A stretch of DNA of 64,000 bases. Source: Thermoanaerobaculia bacterium (GTDB lineage: Bacteria; Acidobacteriota; Thermoanaerobaculia; Multivoradales; J023). Numbering within the stretch: the stretch's first letter is position 1; each line of letters begins with the position of its first letter. This document shows positions 1-9,721 of this stretch, piece by piece. The notes beneath the pieces were generated by a model that saw only the letters and a program-made list of their open reading frames with translations, was not told the origin of the DNA and did not search any database. Made by a program: the position numbers and the translations under genes. The stretch is from the NCBI GenBank assembly GCA_028066595.1, contig JALCBJ010000005.1:43933-107932 (forward strand), given 5' to 3'.

Positions 1-912
1 GTCGTCGCCGAGCGATATGCCGAAGGCTTCACAGCGTCCTCGCGGTTTCCAGGCTGGTCGATGACCAAGAGCGTGACGAACGCGCTGGTGGGGCTACTGG
101 TACAGGACGGCAAGCTCGACGTGCAGGATCCGGCTCCGGTGTCCGAGTGGCGCAACGACTCCCGCAGCGCCATCACGCTGGATCAGCTGCTCCGGATGTC
201 GAGCGGTCTCCGGTTCAACGAGGACTACGGAATGGTGACCGACGTCACTCGCATGCTGTTCGTCGAGTCCGATGCCGGCGCTTTCGCCGCGCGCTCGCCG
301 CTGGCTCATCCGCCCGATCAGGTTTGGGACTATTCGAGCGGTACAACCAACATCGTTACCCGCATCGTGCGTGACCACTCAGAGGGCGATCCGAGCTTCG
401 CCCGCCGTCGACTATTCGGCCCCCTGGGTATGGATAGCGCGGTGATCGAGCTCGACGCGGCCGGGACTTACCTCGGTTCGTCGTTCCTCTACGCTACAGC
501 GCGCGACTGGGGACGTTTCGGGCAGCTCTTCCTACAGGATGGTGTGTGGAATGGAGAGCGACTCCTGCCCGAGGGCTGGGTCGCCTACAGCACCACGCCC
601 ACTCCCCAGGCGTCGCAGGGACGCTACGGATCCCAGTGGTGGCTCAACCACGGGACGCCGGGCCGCCCTGAAGATCGTGCCTTTCCTTTGCTGCCGGCCG
701 ACGCCTACTGGGCCGACGGCTATGACGGCCAGATGGTGATGGTGGTGCCGTCGAGGGATGCGGTCGTCGTTCGTCTCGGCCTGACCAAGGACGAATCGGC
801 CTATCCGGCGGAGGAGATCCTGGCGGGCGTCTTGGCGGCCTTGGATGCCAAGACTCTCCTGAATTCGAGCCTGGAAGACGACGAGGCCGCGGCACCTCAA
901 GGCCAGCGGTAG
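1..912 (+). CDS. serine hydrolase, beta-lactamase/PBP-like (5' partial; start is upstream of the window)
   Basis: The reading frame is open from base 1. An SxxK motif (W-S-M-T-K) lies at ~58-72. The remainder resembles class C beta-lactamase-fold esterases. Confidence 0.65.
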   Translation, partial: VVAERYAEGFTASSRFPGWSMTKSVTNALVGLLVQDGKLDVQDPAPVSEWRNDSRSAITLDQLLRMSSGLRFNEDYGMVTDVTRMLFVESDAGAFAARSPLAHPPDQVWDYSSGTTNIVTRIVRDHSEGDPSFARRRLFGPLGMDSAVIELDAAGTYLGSSFLYATARDWGRFGQLFLQDGVWNGERLLPEGWVAYSTTPTPQASQGRYGSQWWLNHGTPGRPEDRAFPLLPADAYWADGYDGQMVMVVPSRDAVVVRLGLTKDESAYPAEEILAGVLAALDAKTLLNSSLEDDEAAAPQGQR

Positions 913-1955
913 AAGACGATGTCGATCGCCATGCCTCCGCCGAAGGCCGCCAGGATCAATAGATCGCCGCGTTGAAATCGGCCGGCGCCTGCGAAGTGGG
1001 CGAGGGTGATCGGAATCGACGCCGACGAGGTATTTCCTCGCTGGCGGATACGCGTCAGCACATGCCGAGCCGGTATTCCCAGGCGCTTGCCGATCTGCTG
1101 CACCATGCCGAGATTCGAGTTGTGAGGTAGAAGGTAGGTCGTTTCTCCCTCGGCGGCCTCGCCGTGCTTGGCGCGGTGCTCTTCGAGCATCTCGGCGATG
1201 ACTTTGGATACCGTTCGGATGGCGTAGCGGTGAATATCGCGTCCGAACTCGAGCATGGACGCATCTGGCTGTTCGAAGCTCTCGTGATCGGGGTGGGTAC
1301 CGACTTTGAGACTTCGGGTCCAATGAGCGAACTGGCCGTCCGAGACGGCTCGGTCCGCCACCACGCCGAATCCCGGATCCCCATCGGGATCGTGCTCGAG
1401 CACCACGGCACCGCCGCCGTCGCCCCACAAGCAATGAGAGAGCGAGCTGGGTGCGTTGAGCCGGCTGCCAATACACTCGCCGACGGTAACCAGACCCCAG
1501 CGCATGGACTTCGTGCGCATTCGTGCTCCGGCCAGTACCAGGGCGTCGAGCCAGGATGCACAGGCGAGGGAGATATCTCTTGCCTCGCAGCCTTCGGGCG
1601 GGATACCCAAGGCTCCCTGCACTTCGCAGGCACATGCCGGGAAGACGTTGTCGGGGCTCGAACCCCCGCTGTGGACCAAGCTGAGATCCTCGGCCTGGAA
1701 TGCATCGCCCGTGCGATGCCCCGCATCGGCGATGGCCTCGCGAGCTGCCTCCAGAGCGTGCTCCGTCGCACCTTTGGTCGACCACCATCGAGTGCGGATG
1801 CCGATCAGGCTTTCGGTGTCGTCGCCGTTCTTGCCTCGTGTATCGATGCCATGTTGCCGAAGAACCGCCAATACAGTTTCGTTGTCGACGAGCTCCGAGG
1901 GCACGGGTGACGATTCACCGGTACCGACGATATGGAGGCTTCCGGACTGACTCAT
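897..1955 (-). CDS. 3-oxoacyl-ACP synthase III-like (FabH/KAS III family)
   Basis: ATG start at 1953-1955 (printed 'cat'). The C-terminal '...LLPHNSNLGMVQQIGKRLGIP...' matches the HxN region of KAS III. Length 352 aa. Confidence 0.7.
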   Translation of the reverse strand: MSQSGSLHIVGTGESSPVPSELVDNETVLAVLRQHGIDTRGKNGDDTESLIGIRTRWWSTKGATEHALEAAREAIADAGHRTGDAFQAEDLSLVHSGGSSPDNVFPACACEVQGALGIPPEGCEARDISLACASWLDALVLAGARMRTKSMRWGLVTVGECIGSRLNAPSSLSHCLWGDGGGAVVLEHDPDGDPGFGVVADRAVSDGQFAHWTRSLKVGTHPDHESFEQPDASMLEFGRDIHRYAIRTVSKVIAEMLEEHRAKHGEAAEGETTYLLPHNSNLGMVQQIGKRLGIPARHVLTRIRQRGNTSSASIPITLAHFAGAGRFQRGDLLILAAFGGGMAIDIVFYRWP

Positions 1956-2398
1956 GGTTCTGGCCTTCTAAGGGGAGAGACGTTGAGATCGACCCCATCG
2001 AGAAGGGATGGAATGGAATCGAGAAGGGATGAAATAGAGGAGCGCAAGGTACCAGTGTCGGGTTCCGCCTGCCGGTTCGCGACAGAGTTCTGACATTGCG
2101 TCGGTCGAACTGGTGGAGGCATGACTGTGCACCAGAGGTCTCAACCCATGTCCTCGGAGGAGGACACGACACGGATGTTCGGGATCGGAACGAGCGGCCG
2201 CCGCGTTCGTCGGGGAGGCTGGACAGCATGGCCGGGCCGTCGTCGAAGCCTGAGAGGCCTGCAGTTTTGGCGCTCTCGGTCTTCGAAACGTCGGACTTGT
2301 GATGGGTTGGTACCAACCTTGCTCTGGAGTCTGACGTCGGGCTCGAGCGTTCGAGCTGCTTGATGACCGGAAGGTATGACCCAGTAGGAGAAGTAGCC

Positions 2399-3037
2399 AT
2401 GACCTATCCCCGCTCTCATCTCCATCGAATTCCCTTCTACCTGGGAGCGCTCGTTCTCGGCCTGACCTTGGCGAGCCCTGTATTTGCGTACCACCCGGAA
2501 ACCTCGCAGATGCGTGCCGTCCGGTCGTTGGCCCATGAGCTGGAAAGCGCGGCTCGGCATGCCTACCGGCTGGCCGAGCGGTACGAGCACCACTACGATC
2601 GCCGTGAACAGCGTGCTCTGCGCGCGCTGTATGGACTGGAGGAGGCGGCGGAGGATTTCCGCCGGCAAGTCGACCACTACCGGCGGGATCCCTACCGTAC
2701 TGAACGGTCCTATCGCACCTTCGAACGATGCTACGCCGACGCCTATCGAGCGTTCTTCGGTTTGCACGCCTTCCGCAGGGTCGAGCGAGCCTTCTATCGA
2801 GTCGACGACCTGATGAAAGACCTCCGGTACTACTACACCGCTCCGAGCTATGGTCATGGAAAGGGTCGCTATGACCGCGGCTACCGCGACTACGGCGAGT
2901 ACCGCCGCCACGGCGAGTATCGCCGCCATGGTCACTACCGTCGCCATCCTCGTAGTCATCATCGCCACCATAGAGGCAAGCACTACCGCGGTTGCGGACA
3001 CGACGGGCATTTCTCGATTCGTCTCCGGTTTCCCTGA
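2399..3037 (+). CDS. hypothetical secreted His/Arg/Tyr-rich protein with C-terminal GEYRRHG-type repeats
   Basis: AGGAG RBS sits 8 nt upstream of the ATG at 2399. There is an N-terminal hydrophobic signal/TM segment. The C-terminus reads YGEYRRHGEYRRHGHYRRHPRSHHRHH, encoded by near-identical 18-nt repeats at ~2890-2940. Confidence 0.5.
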   Translation: MTYPRSHLHRIPFYLGALVLGLTLASPVFAYHPETSQMRAVRSLAHELESAARHAYRLAERYEHHYDRREQRALRALYGLEEAAEDFRRQVDHYRRDPYRTERSYRTFERCYADAYRAFFGLHAFRRVERAFYRVDDLMKDLRYYYTAPSYGHGKGRYDRGYRDYGEYRRHGEYRRHGHYRRHPRSHHRHHRGKHYRGCGHDGHFSIRLRFP

Positions 3038-3297
3038 TGCCGTGAACCCGAGATGACGCGGGCCGGAAGGCCCCCGGACGCCTGGATCGAGAGATCCAGG
3101 CGTTTTTCGTGGGTCCACCGGTTGGGAGCTCGCGATCCGTCGACACGAATGGGCAGGACGGTGCGGTTGGCAGTTGGGTAGGCCTGATAAACTGCCTAGC
3201 AAGCCAAGCAGTCCACGGCCGTTCCACGCAGCGGCCGATCCATCGGATCGTCACGACTAGGTCGTCGACACCAGTAGGCCTTGGAGGAGGAGTACGG

Positions 3298-4581
3298 ATG
3301 ACGGACGGACATTCCGCGGACGCCGTGGCGGAGAGCGAGCCGGTTGAAGTCGCGGTGGGAGACGCCGGCCGCTGGTCGGACGACACGTTCCTCGACCGGA
3401 TTCGTGACAGCGTCGACGATCGCGCCGACCGAGCGGTGCGTGAGCTACGAGCGGACGAGTTGACCGCTTCTTCCAGCGGCAAGATCTTCGCCGCCATGGC
3501 GGCCGAGCCCGGGACGTCCGGTGGTTTGAAGCCCGAGGATCTGCCCGGTCCCATGGCCGACTTCTTCGAGGATACGGAGGCGGTTCACCGCGAGATGCTG
3601 CCGGGCATCGACGAGGAAAGAATGCGCCGCGGCAAGGAGTTCTTCCACCGATATGCCGCTCAGTCGTGCCTGGTCATGCTGGCCTCCAGCCTGCCCAATG
3701 GCTATGCCGCGCCATGTCTGTCACGGGTCTTGACCGTTTCGGACGACCTCAGCCACCATCCCTATCAGCGATTGCTCGGCGTCCTGCAACTGCTCGTCAA
3801 CATCACGAATCACGACAGTCATGGCCACGAGGGCTACGGATTCGTGACGGCGCAGAAACTGCGGCTGCTTCATGCCGGGATCCGGGCGATTGTCCCGCGA
3901 GTCCGCACCGGCTACGTCGAGCGATTCGGCCAGGCGGTCAACCACGAGGATATGCTCGCCACGATCATGGGTTTCTCGCACCTGGTGGTCGAGGGCTGCC
4001 GCACTTTCGGCGTCGACGTCACCGAGGAGGAGGCGGAAGACTATTGGTACCTGTGGCGTCAGTTCTCTCGCATGATGGGAATCGCGCCGACTACCGATCC
4101 GATGTCGGAGGAATTCGTTCCGCAGACGTATGCCGACGCGAAGACCTTCTACGACGCCTACACCCGTCGGCAATACGAACAGGATGCGAGCAAGAATCCC
4201 GAGGGAGCACTGCTGGCGCAGCAGAACCTCAAGATGATGAAGGACCTCATCCCGGGCTGGCTGCGCGTCTTGGGAGCAGGGCGAATGCCTCTGATCGCGA
4301 TGCAGCAACTACTCGGCGACCACGGCATGCGGCGGGTCGGCATCCAGCCGCTCTCCGGCCACCTTGCCGACCGTAGGCTCTTCCACGCCCTGTTGGGTCT
4401 GGTCCTCAGGGGAGAAAGGAAGTTTCCGTCGTTCACGGAACGCCTCGCGATGCTGATCCTGGGGGAGATGATCGAGGGTGAGATGGGTGGCGAGGTGACT
4501 TTTCTCATTCCCATGACGGTCGGAGACATGGAGCTCCTGACTCAGAGAGACGGCGTCGCGGTTCGACAGGAAGGACATTGA
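3298..4581 (+). CDS. hypothetical protein, possibly DUF2236/MpaB-like oxygenase family (tentative)
   Basis: GGAGGAGG RBS precedes the ATG at 3298. The protein is 427 aa and soluble. The family assignment is from memory of that fold only. Confidence 0.4.
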   Translation: MTDGHSADAVAESEPVEVAVGDAGRWSDDTFLDRIRDSVDDRADRAVRELRADELTASSSGKIFAAMAAEPGTSGGLKPEDLPGPMADFFEDTEAVHREMLPGIDEERMRRGKEFFHRYAAQSCLVMLASSLPNGYAAPCLSRVLTVSDDLSHHPYQRLLGVLQLLVNITNHDSHGHEGYGFVTAQKLRLLHAGIRAIVPRVRTGYVERFGQAVNHEDMLATIMGFSHLVVEGCRTFGVDVTEEEAEDYWYLWRQFSRMMGIAPTTDPMSEEFVPQTYADAKTFYDAYTRRQYEQDASKNPEGALLAQQNLKMMKDLIPGWLRVLGAGRMPLIAMQQLLGDHGMRRVGIQPLSGHLADRRLFHALLGLVLRGERKFPSFTERLAMLILGEMIEGEMGGEVTFLIPMTVGDMELLTQRDGVAVRQEGH

Positions 4582-4582
4582 C

Positions 4583-5320
4583 ATGCCGGCAGAAACAGCA
4601 AGCTACGGCTCCGAGCAAGAACACAAGACGTTCCGCTTCATCGTCATTTGCATCTTCGGCATGGCGGCGCTCAACATTCCCGCCTCTCTCGGTGGCTGGG
4701 GCTGGAAGGCGGCCTACTTCAACACCGTTCTCGTGCTCACGCTGACCATCGCATACGCGTTCTGGAAGAAGGAACGTCGTCTCGGCACATGGATCCTCGT
4801 AGGCATCGGAGCCGGCTTCACCGAGCTGGCCGCCGACTGGTGGTTGGTGAACAAGACCCTCAGCCTGGTCTACGCGAACGACGAACCGATGATCGTAGCG
4901 TCACCTGCCTACATGCCGGGTGCCTGGGCCCTGGTCATCCTACAGATGGGGATGGTGGCCCATTGGCTGCGAGGACGGATGTCGGTGCCGGCCGCCATGG
5001 CGGTCGTGGCACTCATCTGCGGCCTCAACATCCCACTCTACGAGCACCTGGCCAAGGGCGCCAACTGGTGGTTCTACCAGGACACCCCGATGATCTTCGC
5101 CGCACCGTACTACATCATCATCGGAGAGATGATCCTCGGTGCACCGCTGGTCTGGATCGCCGGTGTGATCGATCGCAGAATGGAGCAGGGTCAGGCGTTG
5201 AAGTGGGGTTTGCCCCTCGGTGTCCTCGAGGGTGTGATCATTTTCGTCGCCTACGTCATCGCCTGGTGGCTGGTGGGACCGTGCACCGGCGCGGTGATCC
5301 AGTTCTCCTGTGGTGGCTGA
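4583..5320 (+). CDS. polytopic membrane protein (unknown function), co-operonic with the upstream gene
   Basis: Its ATG is 1 nt after the upstream stop, with an AGGAAGGA RBS. About 6 hydrophobic helices are predicted. Trp/Tyr-rich. Confidence 0.5.
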   Translation: MPAETASYGSEQEHKTFRFIVICIFGMAALNIPASLGGWGWKAAYFNTVLVLTLTIAYAFWKKERRLGTWILVGIGAGFTELAADWWLVNKTLSLVYANDEPMIVASPAYMPGAWALVILQMGMVAHWLRGRMSVPAAMAVVALICGLNIPLYEHLAKGANWWFYQDTPMIFAAPYYIIIGEMILGAPLVWIAGVIDRRMEQGQALKWGLPLGVLEGVIIFVAYVIAWWLVGPCTGAVIQFSCGG

Positions 5321-5341
5321 CTCGACTCAGAAAGGAACTCC

Positions 5342-5713
5342 ATGCAACTCGGAGCGTTTTCCGTCAGCCTGACCGTGAAGGACCTCGCCGCGTCGAAGGC
5401 GTTCTACGAGACCCTCGGCTTCGAGGCGCTAGGTGGCGACGAGTTGCACAACTACTTGATTCTCAAGAACGGCGACACCATCATCGGCCTGTTCCAAGGG
5501 ATGTTCGAGAGGAACATTCTGACCTTCAACCCAGGTTGGGATCAGAGCGCCCGACAGCTCGATGACTTCACTGACGTACGCGAGCTGAAGCGCCGTTTGA
5601 AGGAGCAGGGTCTCGAAGTGGAACAGGAAGCGGGCGACCCGGAGTCGGGCCCGGCGAGTTTCGTTGTCGTCGATCCGGACGGTAACCCGATCCTCGTAGA
5701 CCAGCACGTCTAG
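5342..5713 (+). CDS. VOC/glyoxalase-bleomycin resistance family protein
   Basis: 123 aa. The '[25 protein letters not shown]' N-terminus is typical of glyoxalase-like folds. Confidence 0.6.
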   Translation: MQLGAFSVSLTVKDLAASKAFYETLGFEALGGDELHNYLILKNGDTIIGLFQGMFERNILTFNPGWDQSARQLDDFTDVRELKRRLKEQGLEVEQEAGDPESGPASFVVVDPDGNPILVDQHV

Positions 5714-5735
5714 CAGCTCGAGGGGTGTTGCCGGT

Positions 5736-6302
5736 CTACTGAGTCAGTCCGACGAGCACACAGACGAAGACGATCGCGACGGGTAGGGTCGCTATGCCGG
5801 CCAGATAGAAGCCGGCCTGTTTCCACCGCCGAGCCACGGATGTGGAGTCTCCGGTTGCGTGCGTACTCGTACGATGCGATTCGCCGCCGCCCGACAGCGT
5901 CTGGCTCGCCGGCTCGGACTTCGAGGAAGGAGCTGTCCACCGGTAGCCTCGCCGCGGGACGGTGAGGATGAAATCTCCGCTTCGCGGATCGTCTTCCAGC
6001 GTGCTGCGTAGTTGGCGGACGATCTGGTACAGGCCGGTCTGCCATTCGATCGCAGAATCGCCCCCCAAGTGCTGGCGGAGCTCCTGTCGAGTCACCAGCC
6101 GGTGCCGATGTTCGATCAGATACTGCAGGGCCCTGGCCGCCAGGGGGCGAATCGGACAGGGTCGCCCCGCTCGCAGAAGCTCGCCGGTCTGTCGATCGAA
6201 GGCGAAATCGCCGAAGTAGATCGGATCGGTTTCTTGTGTTCCCGTGTGTCCGGCGGGCGATTCCTCGAGCTCGTCGAGGGATGCTGTGATCTGGATGGTC
6301 AT
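5736..6302 (-). CDS. membrane-anchored winged-helix transcriptional regulator (CadC/ToxR/OmpR-type DNA-binding domain) with no periplasmic domain
   Basis: trans_reg_C-like signature '...LVTRQELRQHLGGDS...FILTVPRRGYRW'. A single C-terminal TM helix ends the protein (…LPVAIVFVCVLVGLTQ*). Confidence 0.65.
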   Translation of the reverse strand: MTIQITASLDELEESPAGHTGTQETDPIYFGDFAFDRQTGELLRAGRPCPIRPLAARALQYLIEHRHRLVTRQELRQHLGGDSAIEWQTGLYQIVRQLRSTLEDDPRSGDFILTVPRRGYRWTAPSSKSEPASQTLSGGGESHRTSTHATGDSTSVARRWKQAGFYLAGIATLPVAIVFVCVLVGLTQ

Positions 6303-6448
6303 GATGTGCCTCTGGCAGGAACTACGGACGGGGAACCGAGTGTGTTCCCTCGGTCGGAGCGCCGAGCTGCCGGCAACCGGACCGTAGAGGACCAGAAATC
6401 AGGAAAACGTCAGACATCCACGGGCAGATTCCGCTCACAATCGGACGC

Positions 6449-7246
6449 ATGAAAGGCGAGACATCCGTGCAGAGATGGTTTCCGTGGCTCGGCGCTGCCA
6501 CAGCCGGCGTCGTGCTTTGGCGAGTCGTCGCAGTGGCGTTCCCCCATACAGCGAGCTCGGACCCGCAAGCGGTTCGTTGGGCGGCCGGGCTCATGGGGCT
6601 CTGGTTCATAGTCTGGGGACTCTGGACGTTTCACCGCGCGCGGACGGCGCCGTCGCTCGTGTTCGCCGGGTATGGACTGACCGCGGGCCTTCATTGGGGA
6701 GGGCCGATCGGGATCGGATCGGCCGGCTTCCAGAACGTCTTGCTCGCCTTCTACATCGTCGTCAGCTCCGGGCTGAACTCGTCGCTATTTCTCCATCTCG
6801 CGATCGTGGTACCACCGTCTAACGGGACGATACGCCGTCGAGTGACTCTCTTGGGTCTGTACCTGCCACCGCTGATCGGCGTCATGCTGACCATGCTGCT
6901 GGCCGTAGCACCGTCGGATGCGGGACTCCTGCAGCCTCTCCTTATCCTGTTCCCGGTCGTTGTCCTCTTCACACTGATCGGAGGTGGCCTGTGGATCCGT
7001 CGTCTGATCGTCGCCGATTCGATCTCCCGGTGGTCGCATCGGCTGCCGCTCGTGGTGGCCGCGCTGATCCTCGGTTGGCTTCCACACGCCTTCGCCTCGA
7101 CCGGTCTCGGACCCGGTCCCGAGGCTGCTGGCTGGTTCAATCTGCCGTTCGCGGTGATCCCGGTAGCGATCGCTTTCTCGCTGGCGTGCCCCCGCGCGGC
7201 AGCCGGCAAAGAGCCGGCAAGTGCGAAGTCCGCCGGCGAGACGTAG
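6449..7246 (+). CDS. polytopic membrane protein (unknown), divergent from the CadC-like regulator
   Basis: 265 aa with about 7 hydrophobic segments. No recognisable motif. Confidence 0.45.
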   Translation: MKGETSVQRWFPWLGAATAGVVLWRVVAVAFPHTASSDPQAVRWAAGLMGLWFIVWGLWTFHRARTAPSLVFAGYGLTAGLHWGGPIGIGSAGFQNVLLAFYIVVSSGLNSSLFLHLAIVVPPSNGTIRRRVTLLGLYLPPLIGVMLTMLLAVAPSDAGLLQPLLILFPVVVLFTLIGGGLWIRRLIVADSISRWSHRLPLVVAALILGWLPHAFASTGLGPGPEAAGWFNLPFAVIPVAIAFSLACPRAAAGKEPASAKSAGET

Positions 7247-7254
7247 GCCGCGCC

Positions 7255-7614
7255 CTATGTGTCGCGGTGAACGGTGTCGGGCGCGAAGGCCGGCATGCAG
7301 ACTGCGACGTATTCGGCACCGTCCTCGGGAGTCGAATAGCGCACCCATTCCCCAGCATGGGCGATGACCGCCTGCCCAGGGCCGACGTCGAGAGTTCCGT
7401 CCTTCGATTCGACTCGCAGGGAGCCCGCGAGGACCAGGGTGTACTCGTCGAACTCTGGCGTCTGTCCTGGCTCGACCCAGCCCGGTGGGCTCTTCATCCG
7501 TGCGATGCTGACGACCGGAGTGTCCGTGTTGACCCGGCCGACAAACTCCTCGATGCGTTTCGGTTTGTTGCCAGCGGCTTCGACGACGGAGGGCTGGGAG
7601 ACCAGGGTGGGCAT
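7255..7614 (-). CDS. cupin domain protein
   Basis: ATG at 7612-7614 with a GGAGG RBS. The small beta-barrel signature 'GEWVRYSTPEDGAEYVAVC' is present. The longer ORF-track N-terminus overlaps Nif3 and was discarded. Confidence 0.55.
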   Translation of the reverse strand: MPTLVSQPSVVEAAGNKPKRIEEFVGRVNTDTPVVSIARMKSPPGWVEPGQTPEFDEYTLVLAGSLRVESKDGTLDVGPGQAVIAHAGEWVRYSTPEDGAEYVAVCMPAFAPDTVHRDT

Positions 7615-7634
7615 GGAGGCTCCTCGAGAGTTTG

Positions 7635-8390
7635 TCAGACAGGGTTCGGAACGTCGATGAATTCGACTTCGAGGCCGAACTTCTCGGTTACCAGCTCGCC
7701 GAGCCGTCGGATTCCGAGTCGTTCGGTGGCGTAGTGCCCGGCCGCCAAGTAGTGGATTCCGTTCTCTCGGGCGACGTTCATCACCCATTCGCTGCTCTCG
7801 CCGGTGATGTAGGCATCGAGTCCCAGTCCGAGTGCCGCGTACATCTCACTCTGAGCACCTCCAGAGACGATGCCCAGGGTCGAAATGTCGTCCGGGCCGG
7901 CTCCTTGGAGAAGTGGTTCCTGGCCGTAGATCTCCGTACACCGACGAGATAGCTGGTCGGGTGAAACGGGTTCGGGGAACCGACCCCAGAATCCGATGTC
8001 TTCACCCTCGTACGGTGCGAAGGACTGGATGTCCTGGAGACCGAAGGCAGCAGCCGCTAGCGCGTTGTTGCCCACCTCGGCGTGGCGATCGAGGGGGAGA
8101 TGGTAGGCGATGAGATTGATCTCGTGCTCCAGGAGCGTCTTGACACGGCGATACTGCATTCCCGTCAATACCAGGGGCAGGCCCTTCCAGAAGATGCCGT
8201 GGTGGACCAAGACTGCATCGGCTCCAGCTTCCGCGGCACGGTCGAAGAGCTCCTGGCAAGACGAGACCGATGTGACGATCTTGTGGATCTGATCCCGCCC
8301 TTGGACTTGGAGACCATTGGGGCCAAAGTCAGCCTGGCCGGGCGAGTTCAGATAGTCGTCGAGGAAAGCGACGAGCGCACGTGTCTTCAT
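7635..8390 (-). CDS. Nif3-family dinuclear metal centre protein (YqfO/YbgI-like)
   Basis: 251 aa. The conserved 'VLVHHGIFW' and 'HYATERLG' Nif3 motifs are present. CAGGAGCTCC RBS. Confidence 0.8.
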   Translation of the reverse strand: MKTRALVAFLDDYLNSPGQADFGPNGLQVQGRDQIHKIVTSVSSCQELFDRAAEAGADAVLVHHGIFWKGLPLVLTGMQYRRVKTLLEHEINLIAYHLPLDRHAEVGNNALAAAAFGLQDIQSFAPYEGEDIGFWGRFPEPVSPDQLSRRCTEIYGQEPLLQGAGPDDISTLGIVSGGAQSEMYAALGLGLDAYITGESSEWVMNVARENGIHYLAAGHYATERLGIRRLGELVTEKFGLEVEFIDVPNPV

Positions 8391-8434
8391 GGAGCTCCTG
8401 GGGGAAGTGCGGGGTCGTCAGGCGAGCGTACGAT

Positions 8435-9550
8435 TCAGGCCGCGCCGCGCGCTGCAGCCGCGCTGGCTCTTTCCGCCGAGCGGGCGTCCATCATCTCCTG
8501 ACGTACCTCGTCGAAGCGATCGGCGCAGGCGAGGAACGTATCGACCAAAATCGGGTCGAAGTGCAGGCCGCGGTCTACGCGGATCCGCTCTACGGCTTCG
8601 GTGTGCGGAATGGACTGTTTGTAAGGACGTGGACTCGTGATCGCGTCGTAGGCGTCGGCCACGGCGACGATGCGGGCCGCGAGTGGGATCTGCTCTTGGG
8701 CGAGGCCGGCAGGGTAGCCACCCCCGTCCCACCGTTCGTGGTGACTGTACGCAATCTCCATCGCCATGGTCAGGAACGTCGGACCACGGAAACGTTTCAG
8801 CACCGAGCGCAGAGTATCGCCACCGATCGTCGTGTGGGTGCGCATGGTTTCCAGCTCTTCTGGTGTCAGCGGGCCCGGTTTGCGCAGGATCGAGTCGGCG
8901 ATGCCCACCTTTCCGATGTCGTGTAGGGGAGCCGATTTGAACACCCACTCGACGAACTCGTCGTCGATCTCATTAGCGTAAGGACCGTCTCGCACGTTGT
9001 CGGCGAGCAGACGGCTGTACTCCTGCATGCGTTCGAGGTGCAGTCCCGTTTCCGAATCGCGACTCTCCGCCAGCTTGGCCAGGGTCATCAGCGCGATGTC
9101 GCGGGTGCGCCGGATCTCTTCGGTCTGCTCCTCCACCATGTGCTCGAGATCGCGCTGATAGTCGCGGTTCTCGCGAATCAGCTGTCGGCGCTCCAGAGCG
9201 CGCTCGGTGGTGTTGCTGAGATCCTCTAGCTCGAAGGGCTTTGCCAGGTAGTCATAGGCCCCGGCGCGCAGGCATTCCCGAACCGTGCCGAGGTCCTGTA
9301 GGCCGGAGACCATCACCACCTGGACGTCCTGGTCGATCTGCTTGATTTGACGCAACAGGTCCATGCCGGAGATGCGCGGCATTTCGATGTCGAGCATGAC
9401 CAGGGAAGGCGGGTTGGCGCCAGCGACCTCGGCCAGGGCCTCCTCGTGGTCGCCGGTGTGGCGGGCCGTGAGACCGAGATACTGGAGCTGAGAAGCGACG
9501 AGGGCCCGAACCGATGGTTCGTCGTCGACGATGAGGACGAAATCTTCCAT
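8435..9550 (-). CDS. response regulator with HD-GYP phosphodiesterase output domain (RpfG-like)
   Basis: REC domain (LIVDDEPSVR...MLDIEMP) followed by HD-GYP (HHERWDGGGYP). ATG at 9548-9550. Confidence 0.8.
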   Translation of the reverse strand: MEDFVLIVDDEPSVRALVASQLQYLGLTARHTGDHEEALAEVAGANPPSLVMLDIEMPRISGMDLLRQIKQIDQDVQVVMVSGLQDLGTVRECLRAGAYDYLAKPFELEDLSNTTERALERRQLIRENRDYQRDLEHMVEEQTEEIRRTRDIALMTLAKLAESRDSETGLHLERMQEYSRLLADNVRDGPYANEIDDEFVEWVFKSAPLHDIGKVGIADSILRKPGPLTPEELETMRTHTTIGGDTLRSVLKRFRGPTFLTMAMEIAYSHHERWDGGGYPAGLAQEQIPLAARIVAVADAYDAITSPRPYKQSIPHTEAVERIRVDRGLHFDPILVDTFLACADRFDEVRQEMMDARSAERASAAAARGAA

Positions 9551-9643
9551 GTAACGAGACGCGCGACAGAGATCGCGCTGGGAACTGTGCCAGTTTACAA
9601 CAAGGGCGCTCGCCGCGTCGTAGGACACGCCCAGACGCAAGAA

Positions 9644-9681
9644 AGCCGGACACTGCGAGTACCTCGCAGGTCCGGCTTTCG
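9644..9681 (-). terminator. hairpin aaagccggac...gtccggcttt downstream of pnp (bidirectional-looking)
   Basis: A 10-bp GC stem is flanked by an A-tract and a T-tract, immediately 3' of the pnp stop. Confidence 0.4.
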
Positions 9682-9721
9682 GCGTTACGATGCGGTGTTT
9701 CGGTGTTCGAAACGGTGGTCG

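Noticed and set aside
532-3554. Long antisense ORFs (for example 532..1788 -, 1968..3554 -, and similarly 9347..10357 +, 16518..17945 +, 18130..19275 +)
   Set aside because: These are Arg/Pro/Gly-rich 'shadow' ORFs on the strand opposite well-supported genes, as expected in a ~67% GC genome. They have no motifs or RBS support.
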